Shown here one piece after another: positions 14,489 through 28,003 of a stretch of DNA of 64,000 nucleotides (positions are counted from its first letter, which is position 1; every line of letters begins with the position of its first letter). A program made the translations under genes and the position numbers. Location of the stretch: NCBI GenBank assembly GCA_964016885.1, contig CAXHJY010000075.1, forward strand, positions 124,001 through 188,000, read 5' to 3'. Under the pieces are notes generated by a model. The model had not been told where the DNA came from and did no database searches. It saw only the letters and a program-made list of their open reading frames with translations. The DNA comes from Eledone cirrhosa (taxonomy: Eukaryota).

Positions 14489-15572
14489 ATATTTATTAAA
14501 ATAACAGATTAAAGTTTAAGCAAAGAATCGCTGCTTTCACCCTTAACGGGATCTTCTGAAACTAACAAAGTCAATCTGTAAACGCAGAAGTGGATATTTC
14601 AAAAAACGTTGCAACCGTTGTTTATACCATTACTTATTTGCATAGGTAAGTATATTTTACCCGTATGTTTTGTGAAGGTACGTATACCTTCTCGTATGTA
14701 TATTTGATTGTTTATGTTATGGCGTATAATTTTATATATTCTGGTACATATGGTTTGGCTATGTGTATACGGGAGTTTTGCGTCTGTGTGAGTATGCAGG
14801 TTCGTACGTATGTAGGGTGTGTGTATATGTGTACTTCATGTTTTGGTTGACTTACGTCTCCGAACATTCGTGTATTACATGTAGGCATGTGTGTGCGCTT
14901 GTTATATACGTATTTATTTATTTATATACGTTTATATAATTATTTATTTATTTGTATACACGCATACACACACATATTTATATGTGCGTGGTTTTGTATA
15001 CCTATGGTAAGTGTTTTGCGTATGTTTGTGTATGTACGTATTTGTCTGACTGTATGTATTTATTTATTTCTATTACTTCTGTATTGTATTTATTTACTTT
15101 GTTCTTAACTCTGAAGCGGAGATTCATTCGGTCTCCTAGTTAGAATTTAGTCTACGACGTCAGCTATACCATTTACGTGGTTTTGTCTTTGCGTGCTATT
15201 GTTCTCCACGCTCCACATATGACGTATTATCTTCGTTTTTTTCGTTCATTGCCAGAGAACGTCTCTATGAACCACCTAAGAGAACATTGGCCTACGACCT
15301 CTTTTATACCATAAACGTGGTTCTGTCTTTGCGCGTAATTGTTTTTCACCGCTCCTATTAATGACGTATTATATTCGTTTTTTTTCCCGTTCTTTGCCAG
15401 CGAACGTTTCCACGAACCAAAGTATCGTCTTCCTGTCTTCCTCCGGTTGCAACGTTTTTTGAAATATCCACTTCTGCGTTTACAGATTGACTTTGTTAAT
15501 TTCAGAAGATCCCGTTAAGGGTGAAAGCAGCGATTATTTGCTTAAACTTTAATCTGTTATTTTAATAAATAT
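14489..15572. mobile_element. Non-coding fold-back element with ~129-bp inverted arms, possibly PLE-derived
   Basis: 14489-14617 is the near-perfect reverse complement of 15444-15572; two diverged ~105-bp direct repeats inside (~15166-15272, ~15307-15419). Confidence 0.65.
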
Positions 15573-15574
15573 AT

Positions 15575-16252
15575 GGCATACGTTAAGACGGGCGTTCGGG
15601 AAAGTGAAAGTAAATTTATTTTCATTTTCGAACGTCGTGTTTACATTTTGTGTGTGTGTTTAGATCTAAATGAGTGTCGTTTTAACTGATTATATATATA
15701 TGTATATGTGTGTGTGTAGTTGACGGTTGAGAGAAGAGTACTCAATACCGAAGTAATCTTGTAATGAGGCTTGCAGAATGGTGAGTCCGCCATTCTAGAC
15801 GCTGCTGCCTTGCAGAAGTCCCAAATCGAAGCTCTGACACTCTCGTCCCCATCATTCAGCAGGTATTTTGCCAGGCAGCCGCATCATCTCTGATGGTCGG
15901 GCTTCCTATTTGGAAATTGAAGGTGGGATTTACGTTCATGATGTTGTGGTGCACGAACGGAACTTTGTAGATCCTGCGGACCTTGATGTGCACACACAGC
16001 TCATAAAGAACACATGGAGCCGTGCAAAGAAGAAGCTTCGTCGCCAGCATGTGCAAGCCTCATTACAAGATTACTTCGGTATTGAGTACTCTTCTCTCAA
16101 CCGTCAACTACACACACACATATACATATATATATAATCAGTTAAAACGACACTCATTTAGATCTAAACACACACACAAAATGTAAACACGACGTTCGAA
16201 AATGAAAATAAATTTACTTTCACTTTCCCGAACGCCCGTCTTAAAGTATGCC
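15575..16252 (+). mobile_element. Merlin/IS1595-family DNA transposon deletion derivative
   Basis: ~200-bp inverted ends starting GGCATAC; 9-bp TSD TAAATATAT (15566-15574, 16253-16261); internal PGSRIISDGRASY..HDVVVHERNFVDP..HTQLIKNTWSRAK, an ISXO2/Merlin DDE segment. Confidence 0.85.
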
Positions 16253-17274
<1,022 letters not shown>

Positions 17275-17446
17275 ATATTGTTATACTTTGGGAGGGTCAT
17301 GTTGCCAATAAGAAACACATGCACCAGTGTGTTTCTTATTGGCAACATGACCCTCCCAAAGTATAATATGACCCTCCCAAAGTATAACAATATCGGTTTC
17401 AACACACGATTTCAGATAAAGAATCTTGCTAAACAAATTCAGAAAC
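17275..17446 (+). mobile_element. Minimal fold-back insertion of the PLE family found at 33443-36748
   Basis: ~45-bp inverted arm, then the 3' terminus with a 20-bp internal duplication and the 53-nt tail; flanked by (TA)n. Confidence 0.88.
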
Positions 17447-17447
17447 G

Positions 17448-17487
<40 letters not shown>

Positions 17488-17954
17488 GGAAAAAATGAAA
17501 CGATATTTCATTTCCCACTCTTAGAACGGCTGTTACTTAAATATAAGTATGTACACGTACATACATATATGTATACCGACGTACAGTAGTATGTATATAT
17601 ATATATACATACATGCACACATATATATATGCACGTATGGATTCACCGAATATTTATTATAATGCTCGGTGTGTTTGTAAACATATATATATGCAAAAGT
17701 TTTATTTTAAATTGTTGGGTTACAACGAATAAATATTTTATAACTGATATAAAGCACTCAACAAGTTCTGGAGTAGATATACGATATTAAACAAATGGAA
17801 ACTATATTTATAAAACCATATTTATTTCATTATACATATTTCAGGGATACCATATTAGAAATATGGCAGGTTTAGAGCACTCAAAAAGTTCCTGGAGCAA
17901 AAGATCAATGAAAATAAGCATTACATCACTGTATGTAATTATGCATATACATAC

Positions 17955-18073
<119 letters not shown>

Positions 18074-18305
18074 TACATATATATACATACACACATACAC
18101 ACAAACACAACCACAGAAATACACACATACTTACATATACGTATATATATATATACACACACACATAGGAAAATGTCTGACCCCACGGCAGAGCTGAAGC
18201 CGTTTCTGAGTCTATTATATATATACACACAAAACCATTATATAAAAAATACATATATACTCACAAATATACACCTGCCCATACACACACATTAAATCTA
18301 TATAT

Positions 18306-18908
18306 GGTGGCTGCCAACTCGTTTTCGAGTACGGCCACTACTTTATATCCATGTAGGAGAACCCTGCTGATGCGCTGAACGAGTGTGACTTTTTAGTCCA
18401 GCCAGCGACTTGAAAACTCTGGTACCAACACTACACTTGTGACAATTATTGACACATAGTGCTGGGCCCATGTGACGACAAGTGCAGAGAGATCTCCAGA
18501 TATAAAGCAATGCCTGTGCCGTGAAGCTTTTATAGTGAGCAAAGGCACTGCACAAAGCCAGTCCCACTCTCTTAACCAAGATGATATTTACCAAAAAGAA
18601 GAACAAGTCAACATCATTGGATACCATCAGGGTTGCAGGTGTTATATCAGAGTTTTCCTTCTCCTAGAATTCTGCCTTGACAAAGGCTAAGGGGTCATCT
18701 CTCCCGGTGATTTTGGATGGCAATTGACTCTTAAGAGCTCCTTTGCTCTTTGACAGGTTTTGTATTTAGTCTTGCAGGATGTCCAAAGTCACCCTCCTCA
18801 CGAAGAAACCTTGGTGGGGTTGCCAGTTTAGTCGCCAATGACCCGACCATGAGACAGGTTGTACTGGGATACATGTTACCAGTAGCACCAACTGGTGACC
18901 TGACATAC
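18306..18908 (-). mobile_element. Complete ~600-bp non-autonomous bipartite RTE element
   Basis: 12-bp TSD AAATCTATATAT (18294-18305, 18909-18920); RTE 5'-UTR motif CTAGGAGAAGGAAAACTCTGA joined to an RTE 3' end; second copy at 41461-42051. Confidence 0.85.
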
Positions 18909-19937
18909 AAATCTATATATACACACATACATACACACACATATATACATATATATACATACATATATATAGAGATAATATATACACACACGCACAAATA
19001 CAACACAAGTATATAATATACAATTATATATACATATACATATACATATACATACAGATAGATATAAACATACATACACACACATACATACACATATACA
19101 TATGCACACACATATACATACACATTTATATACACATACATATATATATATACATATATATACATATATACACATATACATACATATACGCAACACACAA
19201 AAAAAATAAATATCTAAAAATAAAAATATTTGGTATGTGAAGGGTAAGGCAGAAAATAGGGGGGGGGGGAATAAATGACATAGGAAAAGGTTTAAATATA
19301 AGGGGAGATAAGGGAGAAAGAGAATACGAGAGTACAGCAGGTAAAAAAAACCGTAGTGGAAGTAAAGGGCAGGAAAGGAGTTCAAAGTGATTTGGAGGGA
19401 TGGGGGGGGGGGGGGGTAATAGCTTGTTAGTACTGGTCTTTATTCTCTAATTAAATCCATTGTCTCACCTGCTCACAAAACATACTGTTTACAGAAATGG
19501 ATACGCTACGTTGAATCCCAAAACATCTGAAACATTTCCTTCGTAGACGACCTGAAGTTGTAAGGGCCAAATATTAACCCCCATACCAATAGGCAACTAC
19601 ATCACTTTACATAATATCCCACATGCTTTGAAATGAAATTACGTAAATCCAAACTTGCAGGTTTGGCAGTAAAACTTGTTTTCTAAAAGAGAAAAAAAAA
19701 ACAGAAAGAAACTAAACATGTAAGATATACAATGCAATCTATAGATTTGGCTATTTTGAACAAAGGAAGAATGTTAATAAGGATAGCGCAAGAAATGACT
19801 ACATCAAGAGCATAAAGGATATAAGGTCATTTCAATCTTTAGTCTACAAATATATCACTCACAACATATTTTATGTGTTTATTCAGTCACCAAGATTGGT
19901 CCTTCTAAATTAATTACTACAGGAACCTATTAGAATA

Positions 19938-20264
19938 CAGTTGTACCCCGGTATTCGCGGGGGTTAGGGTCCTAGAGCACTCACGAAGAGTGAAAAACCG
20001 GGAATATTGGATGTGATCCATAAAAATGTCTAAAGACGTCAAAACATAACGTAAAATATAGACCGGCAAATACGGTATATTGTTATTAATAAGTTAGCGT
20101 TAAAAAGCGCGAAAATATATATTGTCACGAAAAAAGCCATTAAAAAATCGCGGAAGATATTTACGATTCCTCGAATATGCAGTGGTTTCCACGAACAATT
20201 ATTAGTTAGGTCTCTAAGGAAATTTCCGCGAATAACCGGAACCGCAAATTCCGGGGGTACACTG
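19938..20264. mobile_element. Tc1/mariner (pogo/Tigger-like) MITE inside a degraded LINE remnant
   Basis: TIRs CAGT(T)GTACCCC ... GGGGTACACTG; TA on both flanks. Confidence 0.8.
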
Positions 20265-20639
20265 TATATTTTAAAAAGTCGAGAATTGTTCAATAAAACT
20301 GGAAATTACAGCAATCATTGGAGAAGTAAACAAATTTATATACACCATCCAGAGAGAGATGACGGATTGTAAGACTGAAGCAACATTTTCAGCAAAAAAA
20401 AAAAACCAGTCCAAGCTGTACCTTGCTTAAGTTTGTGAACACAAAAATATCATTAGGATAGACAATGAATTTCAAGAGAAACAAAGTTAAAGCAGATACT
20501 GTCTCTCCCTAAAGTACACTGGAAAATTCTATTTAATACTACAACAAAACAAAGAATGAAATAGACCACTTCTCTTAAAAGGTTGAAAGTGGAGACTGGA
20601 AAGCGAAACGCAAAAATCGAAACGCAAAAACGGATATGT

Positions 20640-20845
20640 GGTTAGAATGTTTGAGGAAAGCATCGTTGAATAGGTTTGACGAGCAAAAACCAGCCAGTAG
20701 TAGACTGAGGGGTAGACACCGAGCAAGAACGCTGGACAACATCCATTAAAAAGACTGGCCGTGCTTGGGGATCAAGCCGAATCAATTGAAGATGGTTGCT
20801 TCTGACGGAACCAAGAAGAAGAAGAAGAAGAAGAAGAAGAAGGAA
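20640..20845 (+). mobile_element. LINE 3' end with (AAG)n tail, possibly RTE-like
   Basis: Degenerate GR.R..W-type C-terminal coding remnant followed by (AAG)n. Confidence 0.4.
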
Positions 20846-20996
20846 AGACAATAAAACTATACTCTGTTGTGGTAGTCAACTGCTCACATGATATCAATGT
20901 AGTAGAAATTATCGAATAAGACTATCTTTGGACCATTGATAAAGGTTCTACAAATCCAGTACCTTAAATACACTGTAATCGATATACCAATAATCA

Positions 20997-23160
20997 CACT
21001 GGTCAACAAGTACTTTTCATCAAGCATATGTCAAGGTGTACTTAGTGTAGTTTTTAATGCTGATTTCAAATATACAAATAGTTTTTTGACATCAAGTACA
21101 GTTTTTAAGATCAGAAAGTGAGAAAGTTTTTTTGGTTTTAGAAATTCCAATTAATGACGGGTATGCATGTATTTCATTTACATCATGGAAACATACCTTT
21201 AAAATAAACTACATTATTCATTGCTGCATAGTTCAGATGCAATATTTCATTATCTTAAATTAACCAAGTTTTGTCTGATGAAATAGGTACGTCAACATCT
21301 CAAATTGTCCAGTCATAATTGGTCTGTTGAAATATTTCATCATCTCAAATTCAATATAAGTATAACCGTTTGTATCTATTTCCTTACTTGTTTTACAGTG
21401 TTAGCAATGTCAAGACAGTGTAGAAATCGACCTGAAGTGTTTTGTTCTGTCTGTGGACAATTTATTGTGAAATCTCAAAAACGTACAATAACACCAGAGA
21501 TCAAGAAGATTTATAAGCTATACTTTCATTGTCTTCTTTGAGATCAGGACAAGTTATGGACACCACATTTTATCTGCTCAGCTTGCTCAAATGGCTTACG
21601 TGACTGGTTCGATAAGAAGAAGTCCATGCCTTTTGCCATTCCAATGATATGGAGGGAGCCGAAAGACCCTTTTAATGACTGCTATTTTTGCAAAGTAAAT
21701 GTCACAGGATTTTCTATGAAGAATAAACACAAAGTTGTGTATCCCAATTTGTATTCTGCAATGAGACCTGTGCCTCACAATGGAAGTCTGCCAATTCCAG
21801 TTCCACCAAATTATGGTATTGAAACATGAGATGATGATGCTGACTGTCACGATAGTGCTGCTGGGGAAGATTACGTGGCTGATGACGATAGCTTTGAACC
21901 TCAGAAATGTTCCCAAGCTGAACTGAATGACCTTGTCAGAGACCTATCCTTCTCAAAAGATAAAGCAGAACTGTTGGCATCAAGGCTGAAGGAGAAGTAT
22001 CTACTAGATCACAGTGTTCGTATAACTTATTTTCGGCAGAGAAACGTGGTTCTATAAATGTGTTTTTCTGTTGAAGGCTCGCTTTGCTTTTGCAGTAACA
22101 TCGATGGACTTTTCGAATGTTTATCACAAAATCATGATCCTTTAAAGCGGCGTTTGTTTATTGACTCTTCAAACCGAAGTTTAAAAGCTTTACTTCTCGA
22201 TAATGATAATTTGAAGCCCCCCATTCCTATTGCACACTCCGTTCATCTTCATGAATCATATGAGAATATGGAACTTTTACTTCATGCCATTGCCTATGAA
22301 AGATACCCAAGGAAAATACGTGGAGATTTAAAAGTCATTGGAATGTTAATGGGAATGCAGTCAGGTTTCACAAAATATGGTTGTTTCTTGTGTCTATGGG
22401 ATAGTCGGGCAACTGACAGACATTATTCGAAATCAAACTGGCAGACAAGAACATCATACCAGCCAGGACTGTCTAGCGTCAAGAATACACCTCTTGTAGA
22501 CCCATGTAATGTCTTATTGCCTCCTTTACACATAAAGCTTAGACTGATGAAACAGTTTGTAAAGATACTAGGGAAGAGAAATGCCAGAGGGTTTGAGTAT
22601 ATTGTAGAAACATTTCCCAAAAATCACACAGGCAACGTTGAAAGAGGGTATCTTTGTCGGACCCCAAATTAGAGAAGTACTCAAAGATATCAACTTCAAG
22701 ACAATACTGGATGAACTGAAACTGCCTGCCTGGAATGCTTTCAATTGGATCTGTGATAATTTCTTGGGCAACAAGAAGGCAATGGACTACAAGGATGGCA
22801 TCAAGAATCTTCTGAAATGTTACTCAGCATGTCGCATGTCACTGAAAGTTCACTTCTTGGAATCCCATCTGGATTTCTTCGCAGATAACCTTGGAGCAGT
22901 GTCTGATGAACATGGTGAAAGATTTCACCAGGACATTAGTGCTATGGAGAAACGGTTTCAAGGCTTCTGGAATGACAGTATGCTGGCTGACTACTGCTGG
23001 ACACTTTACCATGATCAACCAGATCAGGAACACCGCAGGAAATCTAAATCACAATGTTTCTAACTCTGTTGTTCTAACTTTGCTTTGTCTGACCCATTTT
23101 TTTTTTGTGTATTCACTCTTTGTAGAATGATAGTGATGATTTTTAACTCAATAAACTCAT
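20997..23160 (+). mobile_element. Chapaev3 (CMC superfamily) DNA transposon; transposase pseudogene 21407-23063
   Basis: C.N.P..FC.VCG, DQDK.W.PH..C..C, WREP..DCYFC, RLFIDSS, GDLKV, LLPPLHIKL, FVGPQIR, SDEHGERFHQDI, LADYCW; left end CACTGGTCAAC. Several stops and frameshifts; right TIR not found. Confidence 0.8.
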
Positions 23161-23178
23161 TTACTTTCTAAAAATAAT

Positions 23179-23363
23179 TGTTTCTACTTTTTGGCACACG
23201 GCCAGCAATTATCCCAGTACATTACTGGTGCTTTATTTTATCGACCCGGTAAGGATGAAAGGCAAAGTTAACCTCGGCGGGAATTGAACTCAGATCGTAA
23301 AGGGACGTAACTATGCTGGAAAGCATAATCCAACCCTCCACCGATACTGCCAATTCACCGCCT
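23179..23363 (-). mobile_element. Full-length tRNA-derived SINE
   Basis: 19-bp TSD TTTACTTTCTAAAAATAAT at 23160-23178 and 23364-23382. Confidence 0.92.
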
Positions 23364-23514
23364 TTTACTTTCTAAAAATAATATGTCCTTATTTATTACG
23401 TTAATGATTTCATATATACAAATATTTAAATATTTTCATCCTTATGGCGTCGATAAAATAAAATACCAGTAACACACTGCCCTTGTGCCTAAATCAGAAA
23501 CCATTGTTGTTAAG

Positions 23515-23726
23515 ATGGTGGATTGGCAGTATAGATAGAGCGTCGAGCACCCTGCTTCACGACATAGAGTTATTGCTCTATGCGTTCTGAGTTCAAATCC
23601 CGCCAGGGTTAGTTTTGCCTTTCATCATTAAAATAAAGCACCAGTAATGCACTGGGATCGATTTAATCGACTTCCCCACCAAAAGAAAAAAAAAATTGCT
23701 GGTCTCGTGCCTAAAGTAGAAACAAT
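23515..23726 (+). mobile_element. tRNA-derived SINE
   Basis: A and B boxes and the family 3' end. Confidence 0.85.
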
Positions 23727-24225
23727 CTACATATAAATTTCTATGATTCTGTCACAACGCGTAAAGACAGAAGAGTAGTTTCACTACCTCATACTACTCC
23801 TCTCTGTTTAGGTCTGCTGCCTGCGTGAAAGTATGTGTGTAAAAGGAAGGCAGGGGTTGGTGAAAAAATTATAGCAAAATAGCGGCTGGCGTTTCATTTG
23901 TTATGTTGTGAATGTGAGCATGTGTTTGTGTGAATGTATGTGTGTGTTTGTGTGAATATATGTGCGTGTGTATTTTTGTTAGTGTGTCTGAGTTTGCACG
24001 TTTATATTTATATACTCATACATATAAATGTAAGCATATACACATACACATACGCACACACATATACACATACACGTCAGAGTGTTAAAACAATATCCTA
24101 GTTAATTATAAAAAGAACGTATTCCATAATTCACATTCTACATATGATAAATATATCTTAAATAATAAAAGTCTTCTAGATATTAACACTTAAAGAGTGA
24201 ACAGTTGCACAAAATATATCAAAAA

Positions 24226-24445
24226 TTGTTTCTGCTTTAGGTACAAGGCCAGCAATTTGAAGGGGCGGGGAAAGTCGATTAAATCGACTCCAGTACCTTA
24301 CTGGTACTTTATTTTATCGACCCCGTAAGGATGAAAGGCAAAGCTAACCTCGGCTTGATTTGAACACAGAACGTAAAGGACCATAACTCTTTGGTCTTTT
24401 ACGTTCTGTGTTCAAATCCCACCGAGGTTAGCTTTGCCTTTCATC
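24226..24445 (-). mobile_element. SINE whose 5' part is replaced by an inverted duplication
   Basis: 24330-24383 and 24392-24445 are inverted copies. Confidence 0.82.
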
Positions 24446-24597
24446 AGACACTAACGCCTTTATATGTTTTCCCCTAAAATAGAAAATAACATATCACTTG
24501 GCAAGTGGCATATCAAAATAATCTCACAAATAATCAGGAGGAAGCAAATAAATAATAATAAATATATATTAAACATACATTCGTACATATGCATGCA

Positions 24598-24651
24598 CGA
24601 TGATGATGATGATGACGATGACTACGACGACGACGACGATGGTGGTGGTGG

Positions 24652-24691
<40 letters not shown>

Positions 24692-24836
24692 GATGACGAT
24701 GGTGGTGGCGATGATGGTGGTGGTGGTGGTGGTGGTGGTGGTGGTGGTGGTGGTGGTGGTGGTGGTGGTGGTGATGATGATGATGATGATGATGACGATG
24801 GTGGTGGCGATGATGGTGGTGGTGATGAAGATGAAG

Positions 24837-24867
<31 letters not shown>

Positions 24868-24977
24868 GGATGAAGATGACGATGGCGGTGGTGATGATGA
24901 TGATGGTGGTGATGATGATGATGATGATGAAGAGGACGATGGTGGTGGTGATGATGATGATGATGGTGGTTATGATG

Positions 24978-25008
<31 letters not shown>

Positions 25009-25063
25009 AGATGATGATGGTGGTGGTGGTAGTGGTGGTGGTAGTGGTGATGATGATGATGAT
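24598..25063. repeat. Compound (GAT)n/(GGT)n trinucleotide microsatellite
   Basis: Direct reading of the sequence. Confidence 0.95.
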
Positions 25064-25379
25064 GGATCCTCCGTTGGTTTCAAAGATGAGCATTCAGTTG
25101 TTCTTTAAATTCCCGTATTAGTGATTGAGTATTCTAAAGACACGTGTACCTTTAACACAATTTTCAAGCCGAATTAATGTGACAGATTATGTGACAAGGC
25201 TGGATCTTATCTACAGAGAGTTCCGAGGACCATATATTTTTTTTATTCGTAATGAGATTTAAGGACCATATCTTTTCATCTGGGTGATATATTTCCAGAT
25301 TGTAGACTGCTTGTTACAAAGTCCATCATAGGATATGTTTTCATCCATTTTTATCCATTTTTATCTTTTCTCCCGGTAA

Positions 25380-25860
25380 TTCATCGGATATTGGAAAAAG
25401 ATAGTGTAGGCATTGATACAAATACTGCTAGAGATTGGTTAGAATTTTTGCTCGGGTAGGAACGTTTATCTCGGCCAAACTCTGTTCCTATAATTTTTAA
25501 GTGTGTCGTAACCAGGTCAAGGATATGCGTTACATCATTCATATGTTTAGCATATACTTTCAAGTCGTCCATAAAGAAACTACGTCTAGTTTGTGATTTT
25601 ATCTTCCTGTAAGCCAAACACACACCATTCAGATTTTTTCATAAAAAATTATAAGTAGTTCATTGAAAGTAATTAAAGCATTAAATAAAGAGAAACTGTC
25701 TCCTTTAAATAAATGTACCCCTGTGATTCTTTATCCTATCAGCGTAAAATAAAACAACTTTCTGTATTTAACTTCAGGACAGTGACCCAAAGCAGCGAAT
25801 GTCTTTGACCCTGGTTATGACCTCTGAAACTTGAGAGAATCAAAGGGCATGTAAAATATT
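25380..25860 (-). mobile_element. Degraded R4/Dong-like RT fragment
   Basis: FFMDDLKVYAK...IGTEFGRDK. Confidence 0.55.
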
Positions 25861-25869
25861 CGAGTAAGG

Positions 25870-26255
25870 TAAGAATCGAATTCAACTATGGTCCTCCTAT
25901 GTCATCGCATCTCTAATATCATAATTATATTAAAAATTGTATTGTCAGAAGCTGACAAATAAAGATCTATACAGATCACTGCCACCAGTCTAAAAAAAAG
26001 CTTCCTGCAGACGAATGAAACTGGCTGGGCACTGCATCCGTCATCCAGAAGAGATAGCATCACAACTTGTACTCTGGAAACCGACGGTCGGACGAAGAAG
26101 CGTGGGAAGACAGGCCGTCTCATTCAATGATACCCTGCTGAGAGGTGCCAACATTGATAACATCGATGAACTGAGAAATGTCATGTTCGACCGGGACCGC
26201 TGGAGAAAGCGTGCTGAATCTTTGCGAGTGTAAACTCGGCTGAAAAAGAAGAAGA
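25870..26255 (+). mobile_element. RTE/RTE-X-like LINE 3' end with a short (AAG)n tail
   Basis: KLAGHCIRHPEE.ASQLVLWKP..GRR..GR...DRDRWR. Confidence 0.7.
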
Positions 26256-26559
26256 ATTGTATTAGAAATTGCTCAACCCATCCACAAACTCTTTTCTTTC
26301 TAGCTACTTGATTAGCTGTAATGATATTGTTACTATCACAGTAATCCTGCAGAAAATACAAATAGGCTGTATACGTTTTATACATTAAATTATGACAGGT
26401 AGTTATTTATATTGTGAGGGAATTTGTTGTTTAGTATCAGGCTTGTATCTCCTAACGCCAACCAATTTAGTTTGTTTATATTCTCATTGAAAGCTTGCTG
26501 GTAAAGGTCGATAAGACACCCCCAATAAAAGGTCAGTGTTTTGTAGCAATAACCAAGTA

Positions 26560-26778
26560 TGCTTTCTAATTTAGGCAGAATGCCAAATATTTTGGAGGTA
26601 AAGGGAAAAGCCGATTATATTGACTCCAGTATCTGACTGGTACTTTATTTTACCGACCTCTGATGATGAAAGGCAAAGTTGACCTTGGTGTAATTTTAAA
26701 TCTGAACGTAAGAAGCCGTAAATAACTTCTGCAAAGCATTTTGTTCGATTATCTACCGAGTCTGCCAATCCAACGCCC
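26560..26778 (-). mobile_element. Diverged tRNA-derived SINE
   Basis: Central domain and head recognisable. Confidence 0.75.
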
Positions 26779-28003
26779 TCAAGCAGTAAGCAGATATGAA
26801 GTCTCTGCTTTTCTATTTAACCTAAAGCTTTTCTATCACTGTCTCAAGAATTCTTACCATTCTTATTGTAGGTTGTTAGTGTAATGCAGGGAAACATCTT
26901 TCGGATTTTTTCTGGTTATGCTACAGCCTGGTTAAACATTTTTTTTCCAGAAATATTTTCGAGAATATATTTTTCTTTAAGCTGCTTTCTTTTGAAGACT
27001 GCTTTTAAATCCTGTTTCTGGATGATCAATTTATATTCTTCATTTTTTAAATTTCTTTGTTCGATTTTTGTTAATATTTATTTATTTTTTATTTTTGCAT
27101 CTGATTAGCATCATCACATAACTGATAGATTTCTTTATTTGCCACAAGGGCGCACAAGAATTGGGACATTACAAGACATGGGACGGCGGGAGTTTTACAT
27201 GGAAACGTGTGAACAAATTTAACAATTATAAAATGAAGTAAACAATCGAAATCCCCAATATGGAGGAACATCACTGCGGGGTTATTTTACATCCCGTAAA
27301 TAGAACAACCCTCGACACTAGGAGCATGTTTTGTAAGTGCTCCTGTCTTCTCTCTTTTGACTTCTTCAACCTACAGGTTTATGTACAGAGAAGGCCCATT
27401 CACTCGAGCCATTTTCGCCACATTCACCCACCTTTCATTGAATTTACTGGGGTGTAGCACCTCTCTCTCTCAACTCTCCCCATCCTTTTATAAAGGTATT
27501 TGAAGCAGGGGATGAGTTGTTGTCCGAAGAGAAAGGTGTTCGCTTTCAGCCCTTTCAATCTCGTCCACCATATCACTTCTTTCGCCATGGCCACGAGACA
27601 GAGGAAAAGTGCCTCTCCTTCGGTGTTAAATGAAAGCGGCAGCGGAGTGACCCTCGCGATGGACTCGGCTGGCAACTAGATTATTTCCACGCGTGAAAGT
27701 AGCTGTTCGTCATAATTCTACAGGTCGGCAACTCCTGGGCAGTGAACAATTGCGATTTCGGTGTTCTGTTTGCATCTTGGACAGGGTCTTCTGGCAGAGC
27801 CCCTTCCAGGGCGTCCGTGCCTGTAAATTTTGTTTCGAACTGGTAGGACTTCTCAGTAGCACTGTCAGGCCAGATACCTCTGGTAGTTATCCATAGGCCC
27901 TGGACCGAAAGACCTCCGGAATAGACTGGCCAGTTTGTCCTGTTCGACACTCAGAGTTTCCCCTAGAACGTCGTCGCACTTATCCTCCAGTAATCCCCTA
28001 CAG

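Noticed and set aside
24464-25121. Poly-Asp/Gly ORF resembling an acidic biomineralisation protein
   Set aside because: Pure GAT/GGT repeat, open in several frames, with no signal peptide or codon diversity
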